Part shown: positions 19,126-28,407 of the stretch, piece after piece | Numbering within the stretch: position 1 is the first letter of the stretch | Layout of the letters: each line of letters starts with the position of its first letter | NCBI GenBank assembly: GCA_043827405.1 | Contig: JBDRPD010000054.1 | Location: forward strand, 1-64,000 | Direction of reading: 5' to 3' | DNA: 64,000 nucleotides | From: Elusimicrobiota bacterium | GTDB taxonomy: Bacteria > Elusimicrobiota > Elusimicrobia > UBA1565 | Program-made: the position numbers and the translations under genes | Notes under the pieces: generated by a model | The model's input: the letters and a program-made list of their open reading frames with translations, nothing else | Database searches by the model: none | What the model was told of the DNA's origin: nothing

Positions 19126-21032
19126 GGACGCGGAAACTCGGCTCAGCCGTTCTGCTCGCGGGAGCGCTGCTCGCCGCGCTCCCCGGCCGTGCCCGCGCGT
19201 CCTTTGAGGATACGGAATTCGGACCGCGGGGGACGGCCATGGCGGGCGCGGTGGCTTCCAATATGCCCCATGCCACCGCCATGTTCTACAACCCCGCGCT
19301 TATGACGGGAGTTCAGACCCCCGAGTTCTTTACCTCCTACGAGAATATGTATATGGGCCTTACCGACGGCAGCAAGCTGACGCGGCAGCTGCTCGCCCTG
19401 GCTTATCCGCTCAATCGCGGTCGCCGGGGGTATTTGGGATTGGGCGTCAATATGTTCGCGCTGGATGCGCTCTATAAAGAGCAGGCGATCATGCTGAACT
19501 ACGGCCGCGCGGTCGGCAAGAAGCTCAGCTGGGGCCTGGGAATCCGTCAGCTCTCAGTGACTTACGGCTCCGATGAATACACGACCGGCAAGGCGGAGTC
19601 CGCGGCCGGCGGCAGCGCGTCGGCCATGGGGCTGGACCTGGGAATTCAGTACCGGAGCAAGGGGCGCCGCATCGGCTTCGCGATTCTCAACGCCAATGAG
19701 CCGGACCTCGGCATCGTGTCGGCCAATAAAGTGGACCGCACGATAAATATCGGTATCGCGAAGATGCAGCCGACCTGGGAATGGCAGAACCAATTAACCC
19801 GCACCGGCGCCGACATCCGCCTCAAGTCGGGCCTGGAGCACCGGGGCGCCTTCAAGAGCGTCGCGCTCCGCGTCGGCTTCAGCATCGGCTCGCGCCAGTA
19901 CCGCAATATCGCCATGGGCTTCGGATATATCCGGGAGAAGTTCCAGATCGACTACGCCATGCTGATGCCGGTGAGCGGAGTTTCCTCCGGCATGGGTAAT
20001 CATCAGGTGGGTCTGACCTGGAGGTTCGGCCGGGGCAAGCGGCGCAAGGAGAAGGAGCCCAAGCGGGATGACGATGACGAGGAGCGGATCATCGTCGCTC
20101 CGGCGACGACCACGGTGCAAATTTCACGGCCGGCCATCGTTATGGAAATGGCCCGCAAGCAGGCCGATTCCCTGGTCTCGGACGCTATGGGCATGCTCGA
20201 TGTCGCGGACTATGACGGAGCGCTCAAGAAGCTGCGCAAGGCGAACGACCTGCCGGTGGAGGATCCGCAGTACAAGATGCTCGAGGTTCGAGTAGCGGCC
20301 GTGGCGCGGCTCGACCCCAGCATCAAGGGCGGCTACACCAAGAACCGGCTGGTCCGGCGCGGGCTCAGCGCCTTCGCTCTCGGCGACGGAAAGACGACTC
20401 TCGAATCGCTGCTCTACGCCAAGCAGAAATGGCCCAGCGACAAGGAGATCGAAAGGCTTTACGAGCTGGCCGCGCGCCAGTATCCGGACATCGGCGCGCG
20501 CATGAAGCCCATCCAGGGGCTCAACGTGGCGGATCAGAAGCTCGAAGAGGCGCTGTCGCTGATCTACGACGGACAGTATACGGCCGCGGTGACCCTGTGC
20601 CAAGAGGTCCTGGAGCTTGAGCCCAACAGCGTGCTGGCGCTGGTGCGGCAGGGATCGGCGTATTGGGCGCTGGGACGGCGCCAGACCGCGCGGGCGGTAT
20701 GGAAGCGCGCATTGGAGCTGGACCCGGGGAACAAGGACGTGCTTGAGTTCCTTAACCGCAAGGAGCCCGCGCCCGCGACGCCGTCGCCTGGCGCGCAGCC
20801 TTCGGTGAAGCCTGTCGCCGAGCCTGCCGCCCAGCCGGCCGTACAGCCGGCGGGCAAGCCGTCCGCGGAGATTGAGAAGCAGTACAAAGAGCAGGTGGAA
20901 TACTACAAGCGCATGCAGCGCATGGGGGTCAATAAGCACATGCTGGAGCTGATCCTCAAGCAAATGGTTCGGCGCTTTGAAGGGACCGGCATCGACATGA
21001 AATACCTCAAGGAGGAAGCCAAGAAATACTGA
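19122..21032 (+). CDS. PorV/PorP(FadL)-like outer-membrane beta-barrel fused to C-terminal TPR repeats
   Basis: Signal peptide, GPRGTAMAGA...MFYNPAL N-terminal hatch motif, alternating beta-strands ending NHQVGLTWRFG, then TPRs (VLELEPNSVLALVRQGSAYWALG, WKRALELDPGN). Confidence 0.8.
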   Translation: MRTRKLGSAVLLAGALLAALPGRARASFEDTEFGPRGTAMAGAVASNMPHATAMFYNPALMTGVQTPEFFTSYENMYMGLTDGSKLTRQLLALAYPLNRGRRGYLGLGVNMFALDALYKEQAIMLNYGRAVGKKLSWGLGIRQLSVTYGSDEYTTGKAESAAGGSASAMGLDLGIQYRSKGRRIGFAILNANEPDLGIVSANKVDRTINIGIAKMQPTWEWQNQLTRTGADIRLKSGLEHRGAFKSVALRVGFSIGSRQYRNIAMGFGYIREKFQIDYAMLMPVSGVSSGMGNHQVGLTWRFGRGKRRKEKEPKRDDDDEERIIVAPATTTVQISRPAIVMEMARKQADSLVSDAMGMLDVADYDGALKKLRKANDLPVEDPQYKMLEVRVAAVARLDPSIKGGYTKNRLVRRGLSAFALGDGKTTLESLLYAKQKWPSDKEIERLYELAARQYPDIGARMKPIQGLNVADQKLEEALSLIYDGQYTAAVTLCQEVLELEPNSVLALVRQGSAYWALGRRQTARAVWKRALELDPGNKDVLEFLNRKEPAPATPSPGAQPSVKPVAEPAAQPAVQPAGKPSAEIEKQYKEQVEYYKRMQRMGVNKHMLELILKQMVRRFEGTGIDMKYLKEEAKKY

Positions 21033-21046
21033 ACAAGACGGGACGG

Positions 21047-22585
21047 ATGCGGCCAATGAAGACAACTTTGCTCTGCTTAATTTTATTGATGCTCGGCGTG
21101 CCCGTCCTGGGCGCCCAGCCTCCTGTTCAGCCGCCGACCAGCGGGCGGATGCTGCAGGAGATCCACGCTTTGATGCTCGAGCAGCAGATGGAGGATCGTC
21201 TGGCCGGCAGTTTGCGCTTTGAGCTCGGGACGCAGAACGTGATGGTGCTGGCGCGTATCCGGCTGATGGAGAAGCCCGCCGCCGGGCCCGGACCGGGGAG
21301 CGCGCAGTCTCTCGCCCCCAGCCTTACCGGGAACCTGCTGCCGGGCGTCCCCGCCGACCGGGGATTGCCTAATGTCATCAACGAAAAGAAGCCGGTGCCG
21401 ACGACGGAGGTCCTGCAGCTGGTCAAGCATGTCACCGTGATACTGGGCAAAGATATTCCCCGGGACCGGTCCCAGCGGATCAAGCAGCGCACCACGGAGC
21501 TGCTCGGGTTGGACCTGGAACGCGGGGACACCGTTTCGGTCGAGTTTCAGGCGCCCGCGCAACCCCCCGCGCCGGGTGACGGCAAAAGCAAGACGTCGGG
21601 AGACGTCGCCGCATGGCAGCTCGACGCATTGGTCCTGCTGCTGCTGCTCTTTCTGGGATTTTCGATACTCTTTATGCGGCTGCTCCGGGTTTCGTTCGGC
21701 GACATATCGGCCGGCCTGGCGGCGATCCCGAAGGCGGTATCCGGCGGCGGTGGCGGAGGAGGGGGTGGAGGAGGCGGCCGTGTGGAGTTGACGGGCGCCG
21801 AGATGGCGGCCGCGGCGCAGGATGCCGGACCCGCACGCTTCGGCTTCGTCAACCGCGCCAATCTGGAGCGCTTTCTCGAAATTCTCGCGAAATCGAGCGC
21901 GAGCGACCTTTCGGTGGTGCTGGAATGCCTGCCCGATCGCATGGCCGCGGCCGTATTCAACCGGCTGCCGACCGAGCTTCAGGGGGAACTGCTCGTGTAC
22001 GGCCGGGAGGCTCGTCACTCGGACCCCAAGGAGGTCGAGCGGATCGAAGAGCGGCTGCGCCAGGAGATGGGCTTCGGGCACGGCGGCCTGGACAAGATGA
22101 GCATGCTCCTCCAGCGCGCGGACGACGAGGCGCAGACGGAAATCATGAAGGTCCTCGAAGAGAAGGAGCCCGAGCTGGCGAAGAAGCTATCCGATAATCT
22201 CTTCGATTTCAAGGAGGTGCTCTACTACGACCAGAAGAGCATCCAGCGCATATTCCGCGAGATCGGCATCGAGAGCTTCGTGCGCCTCCTGGAGCCGTTC
22301 GATGAGAGTCTGCGCGAGGAGTTTTACGAGAAGCTGAGCCCCGATGTGGTGACCATGCTCAAAGAGCGGCTGCAGGTGATACCGCAGGTGTCTTCCGAGG
22401 AGTGGAAGGAAGACAGCCTCGGGGCGTTCGAGAAGATCAAGCGGCTGGGGACGCAGAATATCATTCCGCCGTTCGGCAAGATCAGCCGCAAGCGCAACCC
22501 GGCGCTGCAGGATGAGGCCGCGCTGCGGGATGCGGCGGACATGGACGAAAATCCTGAGACGGGTGAAGATCCGGATATGGAGTAA
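21047..22585 (+). CDS. FliF ring-building domain / TM / FliG middle and C-terminal domain fusion protein
   Basis: Periplasmic part MEDRLAGSLRFELGTQNVMV and IKQRTTELLGLDLERGDTVSVE resembles FliF RBM3. One TM and a poly-Gly linker follow. GGLDKMSMLLQRAD...EKEPELAKKLSDNLFDF...DQKSIQRIFRE resembles FliG. Confidence 0.78.
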   Translation: MRPMKTTLLCLILLMLGVPVLGAQPPVQPPTSGRMLQEIHALMLEQQMEDRLAGSLRFELGTQNVMVLARIRLMEKPAAGPGPGSAQSLAPSLTGNLLPGVPADRGLPNVINEKKPVPTTEVLQLVKHVTVILGKDIPRDRSQRIKQRTTELLGLDLERGDTVSVEFQAPAQPPAPGDGKSKTSGDVAAWQLDALVLLLLLFLGFSILFMRLLRVSFGDISAGLAAIPKAVSGGGGGGGGGGGGRVELTGAEMAAAAQDAGPARFGFVNRANLERFLEILAKSSASDLSVVLECLPDRMAAAVFNRLPTELQGELLVYGREARHSDPKEVERIEERLRQEMGFGHGGLDKMSMLLQRADDEAQTEIMKVLEEKEPELAKKLSDNLFDFKEVLYYDQKSIQRIFREIGIESFVRLLEPFDESLREEFYEKLSPDVVTMLKERLQVIPQVSSEEWKEDSLGAFEKIKRLGTQNIIPPFGKISRKRNPALQDEAALRDAADMDENPETGEDPDME

Positions 22586-22597
22586 GCGGGAGGGGAC

Positions 22598-23356
22598 ATG
22601 GCTTTGCTGTCATTACTCGGACTATTGCTGGGCCTGAGCACGGTGGCTTACGTGCTGTGGGACGGCGGCATCATCGCCGTTTTCGTCAACGTCAACGCCA
22701 TTATTCTGGTTTTCGGCGGCACTATCGGCGCCACCATGATCACCTACCCCTGGAAGATCGTGAAGCAGCTGCCGCGCGCCTGGTGGATTGTGTTCTTTCC
22801 CCGGAAAAGCCGCGATCCGCAGGAGCTTATCGATCAGCTGATGGATATCCAGCAAGTCGTTTATACCGGCGGGATCGACGACGTAGACATCAATACCATC
22901 GGCGACGGCTTCCTGCGCTCCGGTCTGCGCATGATCCTCGAGGAGCAGTCCGAGCAGGACCTGCGCGATGAGCTGGAGACGGAGGTGTTCTACGAGCGTC
23001 AGCGCAAGCAGCGCGTTATCGATGTGTTTCGCGCCATGGGGGACTTCGCCCCCATCTTCGGTCTCCTCGGGACGCTCATCGGCATCGTCCAGGTGCTGAA
23101 ATTTCTCGGCAGCCCCGAGCAGATGGGCAACTATATGGCGCTGGCCATCACCACCACGTTCTACGGCATCTTCGGCTGCAACTTCATCTTTTTGCCCACC
23201 GCGGGCAAGCTCGAAGGGTATTCCGAGGATGGTTTGCTGCTTATGGACCTCATTATCGTGGGGGTCCTCAGCATCCGGCGCCGCGAGCGTCCCACCGTGA
23301 TGCGCCGCCGGCTGGAGCGCTTTCTGACGCAGCGGCGCAAGGCGGCGGTGAAATAA
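22598..23356 (+). CDS. motA: MotA/PomA-type stator subunit
   Basis: IILVFGGTIGA, DGFLRSGL, APIFGLLGTLIGIVQVL, MALAITTTFYG, FLPTAGKL. Confidence 0.88.
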   Translation: MALLSLLGLLLGLSTVAYVLWDGGIIAVFVNVNAIILVFGGTIGATMITYPWKIVKQLPRAWWIVFFPRKSRDPQELIDQLMDIQQVVYTGGIDDVDINTIGDGFLRSGLRMILEEQSEQDLRDELETEVFYERQRKQRVIDVFRAMGDFAPIFGLLGTLIGIVQVLKFLGSPEQMGNYMALAITTTFYGIFGCNFIFLPTAGKLEGYSEDGLLLMDLIIVGVLSIRRRERPTVMRRRLERFLTQRRKAAVK

Positions 23357-24024
23357 TGCGCGGCAAGCGTACCGTCAAGGCCCGGCCGAAATCGCAGGTA
23401 TGGCTGACGGTATACAGCGACATCGTCACCAACCTGATGATGTTTTTTCTCGTGCTCTACGCCAGCACCCGGTTCTCGGCGGACGTGCAGCAGAAGGTGA
23501 CCGCGAACGTCATGCAGACCTTCGAATCGGCCGAGAAGCGGCAGGAGCAGGCGCAGGTTCAGGAATCCGCGCTCGCGAGCCTGCAGGCGCTGCAGGAGCT
23601 CGGCGCGGAGCTGCGGGTCGCCGGCATCAGCATGAAGAAGGAGCATGACGGCGTAACGCTGCAGCTGCCCGAGGCCGACTCCTTCGACTTCGGCCGCGCC
23701 GAGCTCAAGCCGGAGATGCGGAAGATTCTCGACGTCATCGGCCCGCCGCTGCGCAAGTACCCGCATGTCATCATCCTGGAGGGCCACACGGACGACCGGC
23801 CGATGCATGCGAAGTCGCCGTACCGGACCAACTGGGAGCTCTCTTTCGCCCGGGTGCAGAGCGTGCTGGGCTACCTGGTGACCGAGAAGCACCTGCCGCC
23901 GGAGCGGCTGGTGGCGATCGGCCGGGGCGAGCATCGTCCGGTAGTGCCCAACGATACGCCGGAAAATCGCGCGCGCAACCGGCGCACGGAGATCAAGCTG
24001 CGTGCCGCGGAGATCGATCCGTGA
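23356..24024 (+). CDS. motB: MotB-type stator subunit with OmpA-like peptidoglycan-binding domain; conserved Asp present
   Basis: WLTVYSDIVTNLMMFFLVL, EGHTDD, NWELSFAR, NRRTEI. Confidence 0.88.
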   Translation: MRGKRTVKARPKSQVWLTVYSDIVTNLMMFFLVLYASTRFSADVQQKVTANVMQTFESAEKRQEQAQVQESALASLQALQELGAELRVAGISMKKEHDGVTLQLPEADSFDFGRAELKPEMRKILDVIGPPLRKYPHVIILEGHTDDRPMHAKSPYRTNWELSFARVQSVLGYLVTEKHLPPERLVAIGRGEHRPVVPNDTPENRARNRRTEIKLRAAEIDP

Positions 24025-24695
24025 GCAAGTCCATCCGCGAGGCGATCGCCGTCCGGAAGAGAATGGACTGGCAGATCATTTATGTCAACCTGATGACTTT
24101 GCTGATGATCTTCTTCATGGTGATATACTCCATGGAGTCCGTGGGCCAGGCCACGGGCCGGGAGACCGACTACGAACGCGTGATCGGCGTGATTCAGGGA
24201 ATGTTCGGCGGCGAATCCAATGTGCTCCGCGTCAGCCGCGCCGAGCGCCGCGATAAAGAAAAGCGCCTGGTCGAAGACCTCAAGTCCCTGGACTCCGCGG
24301 CGGCCGAAGTGGAGGTTACGCGGGAAAAGATCAAGGTGACCATGCCGAGTCCCGTTCTGTTCGACTCCGGTTCGGCCGATCTGCGGCCGGAATCGGTTAA
24401 AGTTCTCGGCGGCCTCGCTTCGCGGCTGCGCAGCCTGGAAGGCAACCGCATCGTGATCGAGGGGCATACCGACGATAAGCCGCTGCTGCCGGGCTCGGCG
24501 TTCAAGGACAACTTCGAGCTGTCGGCGCGCCGCGCGCTGGGAATCCTGTATTTTCTGACGGAGCAAGGCGGTATGCCCCCCGCCTCGCTTACGCCGGTAG
24601 GCTATGGTGAGTTCCGTCCGGCGGCTCCCAACACCTCAGCGGCGAACCGCGCCAAGAACCGTCGTATCGAAATTCATATAATTCGGGAAAAATGA
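24021..24695 (+). CDS. Second MotB paralog with the TM Asp replaced by Asn
   Basis: [46 protein letters not shown]. Confidence 0.85.
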   Translation: MSKSIREAIAVRKRMDWQIIYVNLMTLLMIFFMVIYSMESVGQATGRETDYERVIGVIQGMFGGESNVLRVSRAERRDKEKRLVEDLKSLDSAAAEVEVTREKIKVTMPSPVLFDSGSADLRPESVKVLGGLASRLRSLEGNRIVIEGHTDDKPLLPGSAFKDNFELSARRALGILYFLTEQGGMPPASLTPVGYGEFRPAAPNTSAANRAKNRRIEIHIIREK

Positions 24696-26104
24696 GATTG
24701 AAGTGGCGCATCATGATGTTGAGCGCCCTGCTGGTGACCGGCCTGGTCTCGGTCACTATGGGCCTCCTGTACCGGGCGCAGAAGCGGCAGCTTTTGCAGC
24801 GCCTGGAAAGCGAGCGGCATCAGGCGCTCACGCGTATGGCGCGCGTCTGCCGCGAGACCCTGGAGGCGGAGTCGGAGATTATCCTGCTCAACGACATGAA
24901 GCTTTCGCTCGAGGCCTACCCGATACTGAAGATCGGACTGTGGGATACGCGGGGGCGGCTGCAGATCCATTCGGACTTCGTCGAAGGGCGCTACGACGGA
25001 GTGGGCAAGCACGCGCAGGATCCCTTTGTCGCGCGGGCCAATAAAGCCGACGGCGTGATCTCCGAGCGGGCGGGCCGCGTCCTTAAGCTGGCCAGTCCCG
25101 TGCACATGAAAGGCAAGCGCTTCGGCTCGGTGGTGGCGCATTACGATCTGGACCGGATTGAAGGGAGCGTGAGCGCGGTGCTGCGCGGGCAGCTGCGCAT
25201 GCTGGCGCTGGCCGGGGCCGGAGCGCTGGTCGTCGGGCTTTTGGGCTCGCTGCTCCTGGCGTCGGCGGTTTCCGAACCGGTACGCCGCCTGAGCGAGGCG
25301 GCGCGGCGCTTCGGCAGCGGCGACTTCGACAGCTTCTCGGGGATTCATCGCAAAGATGAGCTCGGCGCGCTGTCGCGGGACCTCGATGCCATGGCCGCGC
25401 GGCTCAAGGAGCTGGATCAGATGAAGGATCGCTTCATGCAGAGCATGTCGCATGATATGCGCTCGCCGCTGGCGGTGATGCAAAGCTCGCTGCACCATGC
25501 CAAGAAGACGCTGGACAAGGGCGCAGTAGACATAAAGGAAGACCTCGAGGATATGGAGCAGGCGGTTCAGGACCTGCTCAAGTTCGTCAATAATATTCTC
25601 GATTTGGCCAAGCTCCAGGCCGACCGGGTGGAGTTCAGCATCGTGCCGGTCAAGGTTACCACGATGCTGGACCGGACGCGCCTGTCCTTCCGTCGGCTGG
25701 CCGAACAGCGCAAGATTTCGCTCAAAGTGGAAACCGCGGAGAAACTGCCCAAGGTGCGGGCCGATCATGAGTATATTCACCATGTGGTATCGAACTTGGT
25801 GATGAACGCGATCAAGTTCACTCCCGAAGGCGGGTCCATTCGAGTATCCGCCAGCGATGAGGGCGGCATGGCGCGGATTACGGTGCGCGATACCGGCCAT
25901 GGGATTCCCCAGGATCGGCTCGACAGCGTGTTCGGCCGCTTCGAGCAGGTGAGCGAGGCGCGCAAGAAGAGCTCCGGCGGGCCGGGAACCGGGCTCGGGT
26001 TGTCCATCGCCAAGGAAATCGTCGAGCGGCATGGCGGGCGAATCGGCGTCGAATCCGAACTCAACAAGGGATCGGCGTTCTTTTTTACGCTGCCGTACGC
26101 CTAG
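24692..26104 (+). CDS. HAMP-containing sensor histidine kinase
   Basis: Two TMs, HAMP ([13 protein letters not shown]), H-box SHDMRSPL, N-box [21 protein letters not shown]. Confidence 0.93.
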   Translation: MRLKWRIMMLSALLVTGLVSVTMGLLYRAQKRQLLQRLESERHQALTRMARVCRETLEAESEIILLNDMKLSLEAYPILKIGLWDTRGRLQIHSDFVEGRYDGVGKHAQDPFVARANKADGVISERAGRVLKLASPVHMKGKRFGSVVAHYDLDRIEGSVSAVLRGQLRMLALAGAGALVVGLLGSLLLASAVSEPVRRLSEAARRFGSGDFDSFSGIHRKDELGALSRDLDAMAARLKELDQMKDRFMQSMSHDMRSPLAVMQSSLHHAKKTLDKGAVDIKEDLEDMEQAVQDLLKFVNNILDLAKLQADRVEFSIVPVKVTTMLDRTRLSFRRLAEQRKISLKVETAEKLPKVRADHEYIHHVVSNLVMNAIKFTPEGGSIRVSASDEGGMARITVRDTGHGIPQDRLDSVFGRFEQVSEARKKSSGGPGTGLGLSIAKEIVERHGGRIGVESELNKGSAFFFTLPYA

Positions 26105-26106
26105 CC

Positions 26107-26784
26107 ATGAAGCCGAAGATCCTCATCGTCGATGAAGAGCGGGCGGGCGGCGAAGCGGCCGCGGCGCTGGAGGCGGCCGGCTGCCGCGCCCAGACGGTCG
26201 CGACGGGTGAAAAAGCCGTCGGTCTGCTGGCTTCTTTCAAACCCGACGTGCTGATTACTGAGATCGAGCTGCCCGGCATTTCGGGCTTTGCCCTGCTCGA
26301 TGTCGTGGGGGGCGAGAAGGCGGCGGAGGGCACGCGGACGATGGTGGTCACCTCTGATCCCGGCCGCGATATCGTGGCCCGCGCCTTCGAGAAGGGCGCC
26401 GAGGATTTTTTGGTCAAGCCCTTCGACATCCGCGAGCTGGTAGCGCGAGTCGAGGTTCTGCTGCGCCGAATGCGCCGGGAGCCCGTAAGCGAGCACATCC
26501 GCTGGGGGACGCTGTCGTTGGATGCGAACTCACGGCGCGCCTTCGTGGGCAAGCAGGCGGTGCGCCTGACCAAAGTGGAGTTCGGGGTGCTGCTGCTGCT
26601 GGTGCAGAAGGCGGGCCGCATCCTGCCCCGCGACTATCTGCTGCGGTACCTGTGGGGAGGCGCCGCTCAGGGGCGGACGCGCACGGTGGATATGCATGTC
26701 GCCAATATCCGGCGCAAGCTCGGCAAGCTGGGCCGGTCGATCGAGACGATCAAGGGCGTCGGCTACCTGCTGCCCCGCGCTTAA
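26107..26784 (+). CDS. OmpR/PhoB-family response regulator with atypical receiver (phospho-Asp replaced by Glu)
   Basis: ILIVDEE, PDVLITEIELPG, DFLVKPF, winged helix RTVDMHVANIRRKL...GVGY. Confidence 0.9.
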   Translation: MKPKILIVDEERAGGEAAAALEAAGCRAQTVATGEKAVGLLASFKPDVLITEIELPGISGFALLDVVGGEKAAEGTRTMVVTSDPGRDIVARAFEKGAEDFLVKPFDIRELVARVEVLLRRMRREPVSEHIRWGTLSLDANSRRAFVGKQAVRLTKVEFGVLLLLVQKAGRILPRDYLLRYLWGGAAQGRTRTVDMHVANIRRKLGKLGRSIETIKGVGYLLPRA

Positions 26785-28082
26785 GCGGCTCCGAAGTCCC
26801 CGGACTGCGCTTTGGCGCCCGCTACCAGCGCGCTGAGAAAAGCCGACTTTAGGGGCGCGACGGCCAGCGCCGCCTTGAAGACGGGCGTTTTTTCCAGCAC
26901 CCCGACGACGCGGCCGAGCATGCGGTGGGTCAGCTTGTCGGGGTCGGAAAACAACAGGTCGGCGAGCTTGCCGCGCTCGATCGACATCGCCACCACTTTA
27001 TCGAAGACGGTCTCCGGCGTGTAAACCCGCCGCGGCCGCGGCCGCATGACGGCGCCGCCGTACTTGCAGCTCGTAGGGCATACCCCGCAGCCCAGGCAGA
27101 GGCCGCCGTCGACCACGGCCCAGCGCCGGCGCTTCCTTCCTTCGCGTTTCTCGTCGAGCCGAATGGCGCCTACGGGGCAGGCGGCGACGCATTTTCCGCA
27201 GCCATGACACTTGGCGAGGTCGACCTCCATGATCCAGTTGGAGGTGACGACGGCGTTGCGGATGTCGAAGGTCTTGATCGCCTCGATCATTCCGCAGCAG
27301 CAGCCGCAGCAGTTGCAGATATAGGTCATGCGGCGCTGGACGTTGTCGCCGATCTGCATCATGCCGGCGCCTTTGGCGTCTTCGACGATCTTGAGCGCGG
27401 CGGACTGGGTGATCTCTCTCGCCATGCCGTTGCGGATCAAGGAGTCGGCGGCGTAGTTGAGCGACAAGCAGGTCTCCTGCGGCCGCGCGCAGGCCTTGCC
27501 CAGGTGGCTCGCCTTGTGCCGGCAGGAGCAGAGAGATACGGCGACCCTGGACGCCGACTCGACGATGCGTGAGGTGCGCTCCCAGTCGAGAATCTCCGCG
27601 TGGTCGCCATCGGGCAGGGTCTCCTCGCGCACCAGGGTCCGCCCCACCTGGGTCGGACCCTGAAAGACGGCGCGCGCGAAGCGGTCGTCCTGGCGCATGT
27701 ACTCGTCGAAGAGCTTGGCCAGCTCCCGCTGCGGGATGTCGGGACGGGCGCGCATGAAGGTGAATTCGAAAAAGCCGATCACCACGGGCGGGAGCATGAA
27801 ATAGCGCGTCCCGCCATGCTCCATATCCAGAACCAGGCCGCGGCGCGCCATGTCGGTGAGGCGGGCGTCGAGCTCCGGCGGCGGGACTTTAAGCTTGCGC
27901 GCCAGAACCTCGAGCGTGGTCGGGCTGCCCGGAATGCGCCAGGCGAACTTGGCGTCATCGGGAGAGAACAGGAGGCGCAGGATCTTGAGGAGCGCCGGAT
28001 GGTCGGGGGCTCCCGTCGGCATGCGGTCAAGCCGCTCGCGCAGCAGGCGGTAATCGCGGTCGGAGGTCAGGTGGTGGCCCAT
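26781..28082 (-). CDS. 4Fe-4S dicluster binding protein
   Basis: CSCRH, ICNCCGCCC, CHGCGKCVAACP, CLGCGVCPTSC. Confidence 0.85.
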   Translation of the reverse strand: MGHHLTSDRDYRLLRERLDRMPTGAPDHPALLKILRLLFSPDDAKFAWRIPGSPTTLEVLARKLKVPPPELDARLTDMARRGLVLDMEHGGTRYFMLPPVVIGFFEFTFMRARPDIPQRELAKLFDEYMRQDDRFARAVFQGPTQVGRTLVREETLPDGDHAEILDWERTSRIVESASRVAVSLCSCRHKASHLGKACARPQETCLSLNYAADSLIRNGMAREITQSAALKIVEDAKGAGMMQIGDNVQRRMTYICNCCGCCCGMIEAIKTFDIRNAVVTSNWIMEVDLAKCHGCGKCVAACPVGAIRLDEKREGRKRRRWAVVDGGLCLGCGVCPTSCKYGGAVMRPRPRRVYTPETVFDKVVAMSIERGKLADLLFSDPDKLTHRMLGRVVGVLEKTPVFKAALAVAPLKSAFLSALVAGAKAQSGDFGAA

Positions 28083-28407
28083 GTCATTTGCTCTGCGGTC
28101 TTGCGGCGGCTCATCTGATGCTTGTCGGTCGGGAAAGTGGTTTTTTCATGTGCGGCGAGATGGATGATTTTAGCATGTCTCGATCGAGCGCTGGATTTTC
28201 GCCGCGATTCGCCGGTGCGGATGACCATGGCGCGTCTTGAGCTTGTAATACAGCGCTGAGACCGCGCCGGTTCGCCGACTTGGCCCGGGCCCAGTTGATT
28301 TTGCTGGAATTATCAGCTCAATTTTTATGATTTTTGCAGCAGCTCGGCGGCGGAACAAGCCGGCTGTTAGTGCCGACCTGCGCCGTCCGAAAAGCTAGAA
28401 TGTCGGC

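Noticed and set aside
21742..21778. GGN tract as a phase-variable simple repeat
   Set aside because: Mixed codons (GGC/GGT/GGA/GGG) encode an in-frame poly-Gly linker rather than a slippage repeat.
22598..24695. Zorya anti-phage system (ZorAB are MotAB-like)
   Set aside because: MotA is a normal 252 aa with no long ZorA tail, there are no zorC/D/E helicase or nuclease genes, and a FliG-like partner is present.
21047..24695. Ordinary flagellar operon or TolQR/ExbBD system
   Set aside because: No other flagellar genes are in the window. The B subunits have OmpA-like domains rather than ExbD/TolR domains, and no TonB/TolA is adjacent.
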